Shown here in pieces: positions 1 to 10,823 of a stretch of DNA of 64,000 nucleotides. Both the position numbers and the translations under genes were made by a program. The notes under the pieces are model-generated. The model was not told where the DNA came from. It saw nothing but the letters and a program-made list of their open reading frames with translations, and did not search any database. Numbering within the stretch: position 1 is the first letter of the stretch; each line of letters opens with the position of its first letter. This DNA is from Aulosira sp. ZfuVER01 (GTDB lineage Bacteria > Cyanobacteriota > Cyanobacteriia > Cyanobacteriales > Nostocaceae), in NCBI GenBank assembly GCA_034530615.2, contig JAVRCV020000024.1:1-64000 (forward strand), written 5' to 3'.

Positions 1-73
1 GATCGCGCTTCAACCAGTCGTCTAGAACGTCAAACCACCCTCTACTGGGGGCGCGTCCAACTGCGATGGTCAT
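1..73 (-). CDS. psbD: Photosystem II D2 protein, 5' end only (gene runs off the left edge)
   Basis: Manual translation of the minus strand from ATG at 73 gives [24 protein letters not shown], the D2 N-terminus. Not in the ORF track. Confidence 0.95.
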   Translation of the reverse strand, partial: MTIAVGRAPSRGWFDVLDDWLKRD

Positions 74-183
74 TAGAGCAAATCTCCAAATGTTTATAAG
101 TACAGGTTTTTACTTCTGTATTATAGATCGCTATCATTAATTAGCTTTCCACAAACAGAAAGTTAACTGGGTTGTCAATCCAG

Positions 184-201
184 TTTACAATTTTTTACTG
201 A
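184..201. promoter_or_regulatory. Possible HLR1 (RpaB-binding) direct repeat upstream of psbD
   Basis: TTTACAAT-TT-TTTACTGA is an imperfect match to (G/T)TTACA(T/A)(T/A)-N2 repeats; the position upstream of a photosystem gene fits. Confidence 0.35.
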
Positions 202-276
202 CTCTAATCATATTAGGTGTAAATCGCTAATTTTTCCAGGTAATTTTTAATTAAATTTAATATTTGTATAGATTTA

Positions 277-310
277 GGGGCATGGGGCATGGGGCATAGG
301 GCATTGGGCA
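277..310. repeat. STRR heptamer tandem repeat (GGGGCAT)n
   Basis: ggggcat-ggggcat-ggggcat-agggcat-tgggca. Related copies lie near 36075, 40362 and 55780. Confidence 0.85.
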
Positions 311-447
311 AGAAGGAAATAGGTAATAGGCAATGATCATTAGTTCTTCTCCCCCTGCTTTTTCTCCCTCATCTCCCCTACTCCCTACACCAGTATTCAG
401 GCAGCTAGCGCTAGAATGAGTCCTACAGTTAAATTGATTAATGCTAA

Positions 448-720
448 ATGTTTACCATCGACTTAACCGTCAAAAATACTGCTTATCCAATATCAGTGCA
501 ACGTAAGTCAGCAGAGGATGCTGAAGCTGTCTACCAGCTAATTTTGGCAGCAATGCGGTCTGGTAATCCTGACATTGTGGAATTAAAGTGTGAGGGCAAG
601 ACAGAGAAAAAAATTGCTGTCCGTGCTAGTGAAATTTCTGGGGTGCAGATTCTTCAGAAAGATGGTGTCACTACTAGTAGTGGTAGACCACCTGGTTTTG
701 TCGCCCTAACTACTGAGTGA
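448..720 (+). CDS. Conserved cyanobacterial hypothetical protein (UPF0367-like)
   Basis: 90-aa ORF starting MFTIDL..PISVQRK, directly upstream of an ABC ATPase. Confidence 0.7.
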   Translation: MFTIDLTVKNTAYPISVQRKSAEDAEAVYQLILAAMRSGNPDIVELKCEGKTEKKIAVRASEISGVQILQKDGVTTSSGRPPGFVALTTE

Positions 721-733
721 GCAGGGTGTGTAA

Positions 734-1411
734 ATGGCGGAAGTGGGCATCGAGGTTAAGAATTTACAGTTCAATTGGCCTAGTGGCGAGAAAGCAATTA
801 AATCTTGCTCTTTAGAAGTGCCAAAAGGCGAGTTTTGGATGCTTTTGGGTACAAATGGCAGTGGTAAATCAACATTACTCAGACTGCTGGCTGGACTATT
901 AGCTCCGACATCAGGCGAAATTCGGGTTTTACATCCCGTTGGCTTTGTTTTCCAAAATCCTGACCATCAACTGGTCATGCCAACAGTTGGTGCAGATGTG
1001 GCTTTTGGATTAGTGGAAGAAAAATTGCCGCCTGCTACAGTCAGAGCAAGGGTAGAGGAGGCTCTAGGGGCAGTGAATTTGCAAGCACTGCAACGACGGC
1101 CTATTTATGCTCTCAGTGGGGGACAAAAACAACGAGTCGCAATTGCTGGTGCGATCGCCCGCTGCTGTGAAGTTCTATTATTAGATGAACCCACTGCCTT
1201 ACTAGATCCAGATAGCCAACTGGACTTAGTTGCTAGTGTGCGTCGCCTAGTGAAAACTCGTGGAATCACAGCCTTGTGGGTAACACATCGCCTTGATGAG
1301 TTAAATTACTGTGACGGAGCTTTCTTATTAGAAAATGGCTCTCTCGTAGATCAAGGCGAAGCCCTGCGCCTGAAACAGCGTTTGATGGAAGTAGACAAAG
1401 CTGCATCTTAA
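734..1411 (+). CDS. ABC/ECF transporter ATP-binding protein (CbiO/EcfA-like)
   Basis: Walker A GTNGSGKST, FQNPDHQ, signature LSGGQKQR, Walker B LLLDEP. Confidence 0.9.
   Translation: MAEVGIEVKNLQFNWPSGEKAIKSCSLEVPKGEFWMLLGTNGSGKSTLLRLLAGLLAPTSGEIRVLHPVGFVFQNPDHQLVMPTVGADVAFGLVEEKLPPATVRARVEEALGAVNLQALQRRPIYALSGGQKQRVAIAGAIARCCEVLLLDEPTALLDPDSQLDLVASVRRLVKTRGITALWVTHRLDELNYCDGAFLLENGSLVDQGEALRLKQRLMEVDKAAS
1151..1158. repeat. HIP1 octamer GCGATCGC (example; many more copies across the window)
   Basis: The palindrome recurs throughout coding and intergenic DNA, a hallmark of cyanobacterial genomes. Confidence 0.95.
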
Positions 1412-1629
1412 AAACCTCTATTTTGTACAGTTCTTTGTCTGAAGCTCATAATCCAACATCAATAATTTAAAGAACTCAAACGCGCTTTAAAAAGGCGCGT
1501 TTCATGTTTTTACATAATCTAATAGTACAACTTTCATAGTGTGTAACATAGTGTTACAAGCAATGCTTCAATTACTATATAAAGTTATGAACGAATCTTG
1601 CCAACTCTATATAACTGTGATTAAAAACC

Positions 1630-2181
1630 ATGCCCCGTCCCTCACCCGAAGCCGTTTTGTTAGTAGACGGCTACAACATAATTGGCGCTTGGCCATGCCT
1701 CAAAAGAACCCGTGATAGTGCAGGACTAGAAGCAGCACGGGTGGAATTGGTTGAAACGATGACTAGTTACAGTTCGTTTCAAGGTTATGACACTCAAATA
1801 GTTTTTGATGCCCAATATCAAAATACTTGTAGTAATAAAGAAATTATTACAGAGCTTTTATCAGTTCATTACACTGATTTTGGGCAAACGGCAGACACAT
1901 ACATTGAAAAATTCTGTGCTTCTTTACGCTACCAAATAGCCCAATCTCGAATTTCTCGCGTGATTGTCGCCACATCGGATCGGGCACAGCAGCTGATGAT
2001 TCAGGGGTATGGAGCTGAATGGTTGTCCGCACAACAACTGTGTAGCGAAGTGGAAACTACTGTTTGTCGAATGCGACATAGGTATCAGTCACGGAAAAAA
2101 CCTCACACCAGATTTTTAGCTAATTCCATAGATGCCAAGTCCCGACAGCGTTTGGCGGAACTGCGAATGGATTTGAGATAA
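1630..2181 (+). CDS. NYN-domain RNase, YacP/Rae1-like
   Basis: LLVDGYN, IVFDA, TADTYIE and VATSD motifs. Confidence 0.88.
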   Translation: MPRPSPEAVLLVDGYNIIGAWPCLKRTRDSAGLEAARVELVETMTSYSSFQGYDTQIVFDAQYQNTCSNKEIITELLSVHYTDFGQTADTYIEKFCASLRYQIAQSRISRVIVATSDRAQQLMIQGYGAEWLSAQQLCSEVETTVCRMRHRYQSRKKPHTRFLANSIDAKSRQRLAELRMDLR

Positions 2182-2321
2182 ATCTCGGTGCTAAGAGTCT
2201 CTGCTTTAAATCCAGGGTCTGTTTTGGCTGCAAAAACCATCAAATTCAGTATTCAAAAAAATTTAGCGAAAGTACTTGCCAAAACCTATCTCTTACCATT
2301 AATATTATAAATCGTGAGCAA

Positions 2322-2393
<72 letters not shown>

Positions 2394-2416
2394 TTTAAAA
2401 GGATAAAAGATAAAAT

Positions 2417-3619
2417 ATGAAGGATGAAAAAGAAAATTTCAAACTTCATCCTTCGGAATTTCAGGAATTATGGTCACTGGATAAATCGGTGACGTTCCTG
2501 AATCATGGGTCTTTTGGTGCTTGTCCGAAAGCGGTTATGGCAGTTCAGCAACGTTTGCGATCGCAACTCGAACAAGAACCACTACGCTTTTTTGGTAGAG
2601 AGTGGGAACCTCTGCTAGATAATGCCAGAAGCAAATTGGCAGAGTTTATTGGTGCTGATAGCCAAGATTTAGTATTTGTAAACAATGCGACGACTGGGGT
2701 TAATTCAGTTTTACGTTCCCTTTCCTTATCTACTGAAGACGAAATTCTGACTACTAACCACGAGTACAATGCTTGCCGTAATGCCCTAGATTTTATTGCC
2801 AGTCGCACTGGTGCGCGGATAGTAGTCGCACAAATACCTTTTCCTATTGACTCGCCACAGCAGGTTATGGCGGCGGTGATGGGACGAGTGACTACAAAAA
2901 CGCGATTAGCACTGTTAGATCATATTACCAGCCAAACAGGGTTGATTTTCCCGATTAAGCAATTAGTGAAAGAATTACAAAAACAAGGCGTAGATACCCT
3001 AATAGATGGTGCCCATGCTCCTGGAATGATCCCGCTGAATTTGCGAGAAATTGGCGCAACTTATTACACGGGTAATTGCCATAAATGGCTCTGTGCGCCC
3101 AAAGGAGCAGCTTTTTTGTACGTGCAACCAGATAAGCAATCAGAAATTCGTCCCCTGACAATTAGCCACGGTGCAAATTCACCAAGAACTGATAAAACAC
3201 GCTTTCAGTTAGAATTCGATTGGACTGGTACAGACGATCCTACCGCTTATATGTGCGTACCAGAAGCGATCGCTTTTATGGGTTCATTGCTACCTGGTGG
3301 CTGGAATGAGTTAATGCAGCGAAATCATCAGCTAGTGTTGGAAGGCAGACAGATACTTTGTCAGTCCCTAGGAGTGTTACCACCTTGTCCAGATGAGATG
3401 GTCGGTTCTATGGCAGTTATACCAATGCCTGCTACATGGGATAATCGCCATTTTATGTCTGTACACGATGAGTTATTTGATAAATTTGGCATTCAAGTAC
3501 AGGTGATACCTTGGCCGGAAACACCTCGCTTATTAGTGCGGATATCAGCCCAGGTTTATAATACACGGGAGCAGTATGTAGATTTGGCAAAAGCGCTGAT
3601 TGAATTGCAGAACGCTTAG
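2417..3619 (+). CDS. PLP-dependent class V aminotransferase / C-S lyase (isopenicillin-N-epimerase / Egt2-like)
   Basis: FLNHGSFGACP, DGAHAPG, GNCHKWLCAPKG (PLP lysine). Confidence 0.88.
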   Translation: MKDEKENFKLHPSEFQELWSLDKSVTFLNHGSFGACPKAVMAVQQRLRSQLEQEPLRFFGREWEPLLDNARSKLAEFIGADSQDLVFVNNATTGVNSVLRSLSLSTEDEILTTNHEYNACRNALDFIASRTGARIVVAQIPFPIDSPQQVMAAVMGRVTTKTRLALLDHITSQTGLIFPIKQLVKELQKQGVDTLIDGAHAPGMIPLNLREIGATYYTGNCHKWLCAPKGAAFLYVQPDKQSEIRPLTISHGANSPRTDKTRFQLEFDWTGTDDPTAYMCVPEAIAFMGSLLPGGWNELMQRNHQLVLEGRQILCQSLGVLPPCPDEMVGSMAVIPMPATWDNRHFMSVHDELFDKFGIQVQVIPWPETPRLLVRISAQVYNTREQYVDLAKALIELQNA

Positions 3620-3691
3620 GGAAATGAATTATGTTTTGTGCATACTGCAAAGTAGAACCCACAAGGTATGCGCAATACCCAATGCCCCATT

Positions 3692-5887
3692 TTAGAGATT
3701 GTCCAACTTATTAAATACTTCTATTGCTGACTGATATCTTTGCGTAAAGTCCAGATGTACCATCTTATCTAAGACTCTGGCAAATTCTTCTGTCGTTTCA
3801 GCTAATTCCCACCAATACTGCCAAATTTGTTGGTTAGTTTGAGATTCAACCTGGATAATTACTGCACCTGAATTTGTATCTCTGCGAAATACTTTTGGAT
3901 GAATTCCTGTTAAAGCTTGGATGCCAATCATACCTAATGCATAAATATCGCTGTTGAGTGCTGGTTGACCACTCATTTGTTCAGCAGGAGCATAGCCAGG
4001 AGTACCAATAGCAATGGTTTGTGTTTCTTGTTCTTGAGGTTGAACTTGTTTCACAGCGCCAAAGTCAATTAAAACAATGTGTTCATCTGCTTTCCGTCTA
4101 ATCAAATTACTAGGTTTGATATCTCGATGAATTACACCATAGCTGTGGATAAAAACCAGCACTTGCAAAATTTCTTTGAGGATACCTACAACTTCAGCTT
4201 GTTTGAAGCGCTTACCAGGAATTAATTCGTCGGAAATTGGATGCCCAGAAATAAATTCCTGCACTAGATAAAACTGCTGATTTTCTTCAAAAACAGCTAT
4301 CAGATATGGTATTTGTGGATGCTTACCCACAATTTCTAAAATTTCTGCTTCGGTCTTGAACAAGCGTCTGAGAATCGTTAAATATTCTGGATCTTGGCTG
4401 GCAGGTCGTAACTGTTTGACTACACACTGTAGACTACCTGGACGCTGAATATCTTCAGCCAAGTAGGTATAGCTAAATCCACCAGCACCTAAATTACTAA
4501 CGATTTTATAGCGTTTGTTGAGTATGGTGGTTAGCGGAACTTCTTGGGTTAGTGGATAGATAGTCTTGCTCAGTATCGTATCTTGATCTATGGTGCTTCC
4601 ACTCTGCCGGGTAAGGGCTTGCAGTTGAGCAATTAGTTCTTTTTGCTCTTGCACTCGTTGCATGATTACTCCCTGCTCTTGTTTACTCTGATAAGAGCTA
4701 TAAGCTAGAACACTGCCAGCCGCAACTATTAACCCCAATGCTGGAGATACTACCGGAAACCATCCAGCTTGAGTAAAAATTACAAAGTTGCTGCCAAATA
4801 GAACTACTAATGTTGTTGCTTCTGCCAGTCCTAAGGCTAGTGGATGGTGAATGCGCCAAGCTATTAATCCACCAACTAAAGTCCATCCCCAAATCCACAA
4901 AACTTCTCCCCAACCGGGCAAAAACCAAAATAAAGGCTGCTGGTTGAGAACCACACTCAGAATTTGACTAATGCTGTGAGCATGAATCTCAACTCCTGAC
5001 ATCTTGCCTGAAAGATCTGATTTGCCACTGGTGTAAGGTGTATTGAAAATATCCTTGAGACTAGGTGCTGTAGAACCAATCAAAACTATGCGGTCTTTTA
5101 CCAAATCTGGTTTTACTTGGTCTGCAAGCAGTTGTGTAATTGTAACAATCTGGGCAATTTGACCACCAGAACGATAGTTAAGCAGGATTTGGTAGCCACT
5201 TGTATCGGCTGTTTGATAACCACCAGTGTGAGGTTGTAAAGGTTTAAATACGATATTACGTAGTTTTAGTTCTCGGTTAGAGGTAAATTGTGGTTGAATA
5301 CCTCCTACTTCCAAATATTTGAGCGCTAATTGCAAACTCAAGGAAGAAACACTCTGACAAGGATCGGCCGCATCTGTACTAACAGATAAGAGATTGCGAC
5401 GAATGACTCCATCAGTATCTTCTACAACATCGCTGAATCCAACTCTCTCTGCTTCTATCCCCTTAGGGGGTGGTGTTCCTGGATTCCCAGAACTTCCTGC
5501 TTCAGAATGTTTGCAGATGGGGATGATAATATCGCTCTCTTGTAGGCGTTTCAGCAATTTCTCGTGTCCTGGTTGTACTGGTAAGTCACGAAAAATATCT
5601 AGACCAATGGCTCGTGGTTCATATTCCTCAAGTTTACCTAGTGCCCGATCTAAAACTTCACTAGAAAGCGGCCAATTCCATTTTTGCAGATCCTTTTCAC
5701 CTACCGCCACAATCAACAAACGCGGATCTACCCCTGGATTGGCTCGCATTTGCATCATTTGGTCGTAAGCCTTCAATTCTAAAGGCTCTAAAACTCCTAT
5801 TTTCTGAATTCCCAACAGTAAAACTGTGATGACTGCGCTAGAAATAATAGCTGGCTGTGTAAATAAACTTTTGAAATTTGTCAACAT
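3692..5887 (-). CDS. CHASE2-domain membrane Ser/Thr protein kinase
   Basis: CHASE2 motifs (IGLDIFRD, DGVIRR, GVEIHA), three TM segments, kinase motifs LGAGGFS, HRDIKPSN, DFG. Confidence 0.92.
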   Translation of the reverse strand: MLTNFKSLFTQPAIISSAVITVLLLGIQKIGVLEPLELKAYDQMMQMRANPGVDPRLLIVAVGEKDLQKWNWPLSSEVLDRALGKLEEYEPRAIGLDIFRDLPVQPGHEKLLKRLQESDIIIPICKHSEAGSSGNPGTPPPKGIEAERVGFSDVVEDTDGVIRRNLLSVSTDAADPCQSVSSLSLQLALKYLEVGGIQPQFTSNRELKLRNIVFKPLQPHTGGYQTADTSGYQILLNYRSGGQIAQIVTITQLLADQVKPDLVKDRIVLIGSTAPSLKDIFNTPYTSGKSDLSGKMSGVEIHAHSISQILSVVLNQQPLFWFLPGWGEVLWIWGWTLVGGLIAWRIHHPLALGLAEATTLVVLFGSNFVIFTQAGWFPVVSPALGLIVAAGSVLAYSSYQSKQEQGVIMQRVQEQKELIAQLQALTRQSGSTIDQDTILSKTIYPLTQEVPLTTILNKRYKIVSNLGAGGFSYTYLAEDIQRPGSLQCVVKQLRPASQDPEYLTILRRLFKTEAEILEIVGKHPQIPYLIAVFEENQQFYLVQEFISGHPISDELIPGKRFKQAEVVGILKEILQVLVFIHSYGVIHRDIKPSNLIRRKADEHIVLIDFGAVKQVQPQEQETQTIAIGTPGYAPAEQMSGQPALNSDIYALGMIGIQALTGIHPKVFRRDTNSGAVIIQVESQTNQQIWQYWWELAETTEEFARVLDKMVHLDFTQRYQSAIEVFNKLDNL

Positions 5888-6409
5888 CTTAACTATTTTT
5901 TAGTAATAAGTATTTTTTTATACTAGATTTTGATGATTGAAATTGTTCGATCCAATTTACAACTTTTAAGAAATTGATGAGAAATCGTAGTCAGGACTTT
6001 AGTCCTGGATTTTTCAGTACGCTTTGTGCTCACCCTACCCTGTGAACTGGAAATCCCCCGCAGTGATGGACTCACCGCGCTAGACATATAGAGCGCAGTT
6101 CGCCTGGTAGTAACTGCCGTACAGGCTTCTAGTACAACTGTGGCAGAAATAAAGAGTACGATTAAAAATAGTACAAAAGCTAATAATAAAAGTCTTTTGG
6201 CGTTTCACTGCTGTTGTGATTGCCTTTTTTCTCAATATGACAGATGCAAGCAAAGATAGTGGTTTGCTATTAGTACAATCCAATGGCGTGAGAGGAAACT
6301 GGAACAGATAAATCCCGAGATCCTTTGGAGAAAACCACTTTTTCTAACTAAATCGGGGTGCTTGACGTGAAACATATTGTTACAATGCTTAACATAATCA
6401 ATTCGACCG

Positions 6410-8491
6410 GTGGCATTCTTCATGATTGTGAAAACACTTCCCCTAACTTCCCGACCGATCGAGGAGGACAATGGCGGTAGCAACAACCGCCGTGACGAGC
6501 TATCTGTTACTGAAGTAGTGTCAGAAAATGGCACACAAGCCTTGGTTGTGAAATCACCAAGACTCATAGCAGCCCAACAAAGGAGAGCCTTGACGATCGC
6601 AGTTGAAACTGAGATGACACGTTACGATGCAGTAGAGATTGCGGCGCATTATAAACAAAGACCCCTACAAGTTTTAGGGCGGATTTTTGCCGTCTTGGGG
6701 CCAACTCTCTCCTTTGCTTTTGGGTTGTGGTGGGATAGCAAACGGGGAATTGTGGTGAAAAATGACCGCCGCCGCGCTGCACAACTTCGAGAATTATTAA
6801 CGCGGTTGGGGCCTGCGTACATCAAAATTGGACAAGCTTTATCCACAAGGCCGGATTTAGTTCCTCCCGCATTTTTGGAAGAACTCACTAAGCTACAAGA
6901 CCAATTACCGCCTTTTCCCAACGAAATTGCTTACCAGTTTATTGAAGAAGAACTCGGTGCGCCGCCAGCAGAAATTTACACGGAACTTTCACCAGAACCG
7001 ATTGCGGCTGCTTCTTTGGGGCAAGTTTACAAAGGTAAGCTAAAAACTGGTGAGGAAGTCGCAGTCAAAGTCCAGCGCCCCGACTTAAAAGAACGGATTA
7101 CCATTGATTTATATATTTTACGTCGCCTAGCAGGCTGGGCAAAGAAAACCTTTAAACGGGTACGCAGCGATTTAGTCGGTATTCTTGATGAATTAGGCGA
7201 TCGCATTTTTGAAGAGATGGACTATATACACGAAGGAGAAAATGCCGAGCGTTTTTTCCAGTTATATGGTCACATGAAAGACATATACGTACCGAAAATT
7301 TATTGGGAATACACCAATCGTCGCGTGTTGACGATGGAGTGGATTAACGGCACTAAATTAACCCAAACAGCAGAAATTAACGCCAAAGGCATAGATGCCC
7401 GTTATTTAATAGAAGTGGGTGTACAGTGTTCGCTGCGACAGTTGCTAGAACATGGATTTTTCCACGCTGACCCCCACCCAGGTAATTTATTAGCAACAGT
7501 AGATGGTAAATTAGCTTATCTCGACTTTGGGATGATGAGCGAGATTCAGCCACCCCAGCGTTATGGTTTAATTGAGGCGATCGTCCACGTTGTTAACCGT
7601 GACTTTGAAGGTTTAGCCAAAGACTACGTTAAGCTAGATTTCTTATCACCAGAAACCGACTTAACACCAATTATTCCCGCCTTTGCCAAAGTATTTGCTG
7701 AAGCCCAAGGTGCTAGTGTTGCAGAGTTGAATATTAAAAGCATCACCGATGAATTATCGGCTTTGATGTATGAATATCCCTTCCGCGTACCTCCCTACTA
7801 CGCTTTAATTATTCGTTCTCTGGTGACATTGGAAGGTATTGCTATATATATAGATCCCAACTTTAAAGTTTTAAGTGAAGCTTATCCTTATGTAGCGAAA
7901 CGCTTGTTAACTGACCCCGCACCAGCACTTAGAGCATCACTGCAAGATTTACTCTTTAAAGAAGGTAAATTCCGCTGGAATCGCTTGGAAAATTTATTAC
8001 GTAATGCTCGTGGTAATGAAGACTACGATTTAAATTTGGTAGTCAATCAAGGAGTAGATTTTCTTGCTTCTGAACGCGGCGGTTTTATTCGCGACAAGTT
8101 AGTAGATGAATTTGTAAATGGACTCAATGCTTTAGGTAAAAATGTTTTGCATAACTTCACCTATTTACTACGCGAACAGGTAGGAATAACAGCAATTAAC
8201 GAAACTCCCGCAGCTACAGATGAACAACAACAAACCTTAGAACATATCAAACGTATATTGGCTATTCTGCGAGATACCCGTGGCTTTGACCCAGTGCAGC
8301 TTGCTCCTCAAATTGCCCAATTATTTATAAATCCAGGAGTACAGCGTTTAGGTCAGCAAATTACTAGTCGCTTGTTACAAAAAGCCCTAACTAAATTAAT
8401 TCGTGATTTGTTAGCAGCGGAAGAAGTTAATAATAGTCAAGCTCGAAATTTAGAGCAGCCAGAAAGATTATCTTTACCTGCACGAGTATAA
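6410..8491 (+). CDS. AarF/ABC1/UbiB family atypical kinase (start may be the ATG at 6422)
   Basis: LGPAYIKIGQALSTRPD, AAASLGQVY, VAVKVQRP, FFHADPHPGN, DFGMM. Confidence 0.93.
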   Translation: MAFFMIVKTLPLTSRPIEEDNGGSNNRRDELSVTEVVSENGTQALVVKSPRLIAAQQRRALTIAVETEMTRYDAVEIAAHYKQRPLQVLGRIFAVLGPTLSFAFGLWWDSKRGIVVKNDRRRAAQLRELLTRLGPAYIKIGQALSTRPDLVPPAFLEELTKLQDQLPPFPNEIAYQFIEEELGAPPAEIYTELSPEPIAAASLGQVYKGKLKTGEEVAVKVQRPDLKERITIDLYILRRLAGWAKKTFKRVRSDLVGILDELGDRIFEEMDYIHEGENAERFFQLYGHMKDIYVPKIYWEYTNRRVLTMEWINGTKLTQTAEINAKGIDARYLIEVGVQCSLRQLLEHGFFHADPHPGNLLATVDGKLAYLDFGMMSEIQPPQRYGLIEAIVHVVNRDFEGLAKDYVKLDFLSPETDLTPIIPAFAKVFAEAQGASVAELNIKSITDELSALMYEYPFRVPPYYALIIRSLVTLEGIAIYIDPNFKVLSEAYPYVAKRLLTDPAPALRASLQDLLFKEGKFRWNRLENLLRNARGNEDYDLNLVVNQGVDFLASERGGFIRDKLVDEFVNGLNALGKNVLHNFTYLLREQVGITAINETPAATDEQQQTLEHIKRILAILRDTRGFDPVQLAPQIAQLFINPGVQRLGQQITSRLLQKALTKLIRDLLAAEEVNNSQARNLEQPERLSLPARV

Positions 8492-8509
8492 AGCTAACTC
8501 TTCTGTTTC

Positions 8510-8553
8510 AAAACCCTTGCCTTCAATCTTTTTAATGGAGGCGAGGGTTTTTA
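8510..8553 (+). terminator. Intrinsic terminator after the ABC1 kinase
   Basis: AAAACCCTTGCCTTCA...TGGAGGCGAGGGTTTTT hairpin followed by a T tract. Confidence 0.75.
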
Positions 8554-8696
8554 TTTTGAATGATGTGACCATTACAAGGTGAGTAAAGCTTTCCCAATAA
8601 GAGTTCGATGCTATTTTACGGATTTTGTTAAATCTTCATCTCAGAGTGGGCATACTGTAAATATCAAGTCAGTAGCATCAAAACAGGATAAATAGT

Positions 8697-10724
8697 ATGT
8701 TGACAATAACTTGGCAAGAAGAGATTGCAAGCTTGAAACAAAATTTGAGCAATGAAATAAATAAAATTTCAGGTCATTCGGAAATTAATATACGTAAACA
8801 TATTTGCATTAATAATCTGACATCTAAGTTAGAGCGACTAAATGAAATAGAAAAAATCCTTAGCATAGATAAATATAAAATTGTTTTTATAGGTACTATT
8901 GGTGAAGGAAAAACTACAGCTATATGCCATCTTTTTAACTTAATTAGTGATTTTAGAGTTACCAAGACTCTTGGGGGGAAATCTCGAAATCTAATTGAAA
9001 CTAGAGAGTTATTATCAACTGGAGCAGGCAAAACTACTATATGTGAAGTAATTATCAAAGCAGCAGAAAAAACTTACATAGAGATAGAACCTTACACAGT
9101 TGATGAGATGGAAAATATTATTCTCGAATTCTGTGGCTATATTGCCAATAAAGATAATCCTGATGCAGAGCAAAAAATAATTATTTCCCCAGAAGTTGAA
9201 AGAGCTATTAGGAATATTACTGAGATGAAGTTACGCTCCATCCCAGTTGCTGATGATGAAAAAAATAAATTTAAAATAATCGATAAAGCCAAAGAATTAT
9301 TTGAGGAATCAGGAATAGAGATTCTTAAAGAAAATGCGTTGAATAATGCAAATCTTGAATCTAGAACCTGCGTTAAAGTTGAATACGATCATCAGATTAA
9401 TGAGCGAGAATGGATAAAAAATACCTTTGCTGCTATCAATAATGCTCAATTAAAAGAATTTGCTATTCCGAGACAAATATGTCTGTATGTGAGCTATGAT
9501 ATTTTATCAGGCTCAAATTTATCTCAGTTTGATTCAGTCGTTGATACTAAAGGACTTGATGAAAACCCTATTCGTCAGGATTTGGAGAAATATATTGAGA
9601 GTCAAGATACCATATGTCTTTTTGCAACTTCTTTTAAGGATGCTCCTGAAACTAATATTCGTAAATTAATAGGTTATCACCTTTCATCTAAATCTAAAGA
9701 TTTTCATCATAGATTTGTAACTTTAGTCTTTCCTCACAAAAATGAACCTGAAAAAGTTCATGGATCTAATGAAAATTGGGATTTAGGAATTCAAATTAGA
9801 AAAGAAGAAATTAAAGATACATTCAAAAGGTTGAACTTAGATTTTTTCTTAGAAAATATTTTGTTTTATGATGCTTTTAGATACTACCGCGATGATATTG
9901 TCAAGCTCAATACTGACCTTTACGCTGAAGAAGATGTACAGGCCGATAGAAATGAATTGCTCGAAGCTATAGCGGGTGTAGTAGAACGTAGACGAAATCT
10001 TTTATTGGAAGAAATCAAGAATATTCGTGAAAGCTTTACAAGAATCAAAAGCGGTGATGCATTAACAATATCAGAAATTAAAGCGATTGAAAAAGCGATA
10101 CAACAAATCAAGGATTTAAGGGACTTGAGTAAAAGAGTACCAAGTTTTGTTTATCAAGATCAAGATACAGCTTTTGTTACTAAATATGTTGAATACTATC
10201 GTACAGTTTATCGCGCATGGAACACGAAACACGCGATTCATCGCAACTTTGGTTACTATGAACCAAGGAATATAAATATATATTACGACATGAGAGTTGT
10301 TGCCCAAGGAACAGATGAAGATGAAATGTTGAAGAAGTTTACTAAAGAACCAAAAAAGGAATTAGAAAATATTTTTAACGAGCTTACATCTGCAAACGAA
10401 TCTTTAAAGACTCTCATCCCTGAATTAGTCTTACAGTTTAACTCCTTGTATGACAATTTTATTAGTAAAGTAGGGAAAGCAATTGAAGAGAAAGCTAAAC
10501 AAAAACTATCTCCTCAAAGCGAAGATTCTGATTTTTGGATGGCTCTAATTAATGAAAAGGGTAAAGAAAAGCTTCCTGGTGAAACCTATACAGGTAATGT
10601 ATGTGAGACATTAAAGCACCAACTTGAAACTGAGCAAAGTTTGAATAAATTTTTAGAGATTAAAGCAGGAAAGTGCTGGGCAGATTTAGTTACTCAAATA
10701 TTAAGCTTTTTTGGAGAGAAATAA
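8697..10724 (+). CDS. Dynamin-like P-loop GTPase, uncharacterised
   Basis: G1 VFIGTIGEGKTT, G2-like LLSTGAGKTT, G3-like VVDTKGL, long helical C-terminus; AT-rich. Confidence 0.65.
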   Translation: MLTITWQEEIASLKQNLSNEINKISGHSEINIRKHICINNLTSKLERLNEIEKILSIDKYKIVFIGTIGEGKTTAICHLFNLISDFRVTKTLGGKSRNLIETRELLSTGAGKTTICEVIIKAAEKTYIEIEPYTVDEMENIILEFCGYIANKDNPDAEQKIIISPEVERAIRNITEMKLRSIPVADDEKNKFKIIDKAKELFEESGIEILKENALNNANLESRTCVKVEYDHQINEREWIKNTFAAINNAQLKEFAIPRQICLYVSYDILSGSNLSQFDSVVDTKGLDENPIRQDLEKYIESQDTICLFATSFKDAPETNIRKLIGYHLSSKSKDFHHRFVTLVFPHKNEPEKVHGSNENWDLGIQIRKEEIKDTFKRLNLDFFLENILFYDAFRYYRDDIVKLNTDLYAEEDVQADRNELLEAIAGVVERRRNLLLEEIKNIRESFTRIKSGDALTISEIKAIEKAIQQIKDLRDLSKRVPSFVYQDQDTAFVTKYVEYYRTVYRAWNTKHAIHRNFGYYEPRNINIYYDMRVVAQGTDEDEMLKKFTKEPKKELENIFNELTSANESLKTLIPELVLQFNSLYDNFISKVGKAIEEKAKQKLSPQSEDSDFWMALINEKGKEKLPGETYTGNVCETLKHQLETEQSLNKFLEIKAGKCWADLVTQILSFFGEK

Positions 10725-10823
10725 ATAGCAATTTAAAAGTGCATATTAAATGCCAAGGGGCGCATTATTTGCGCCTCTCATCTCATATTAATATAAAAGT
10801 AAATAAATTTTATTATCTATGGT

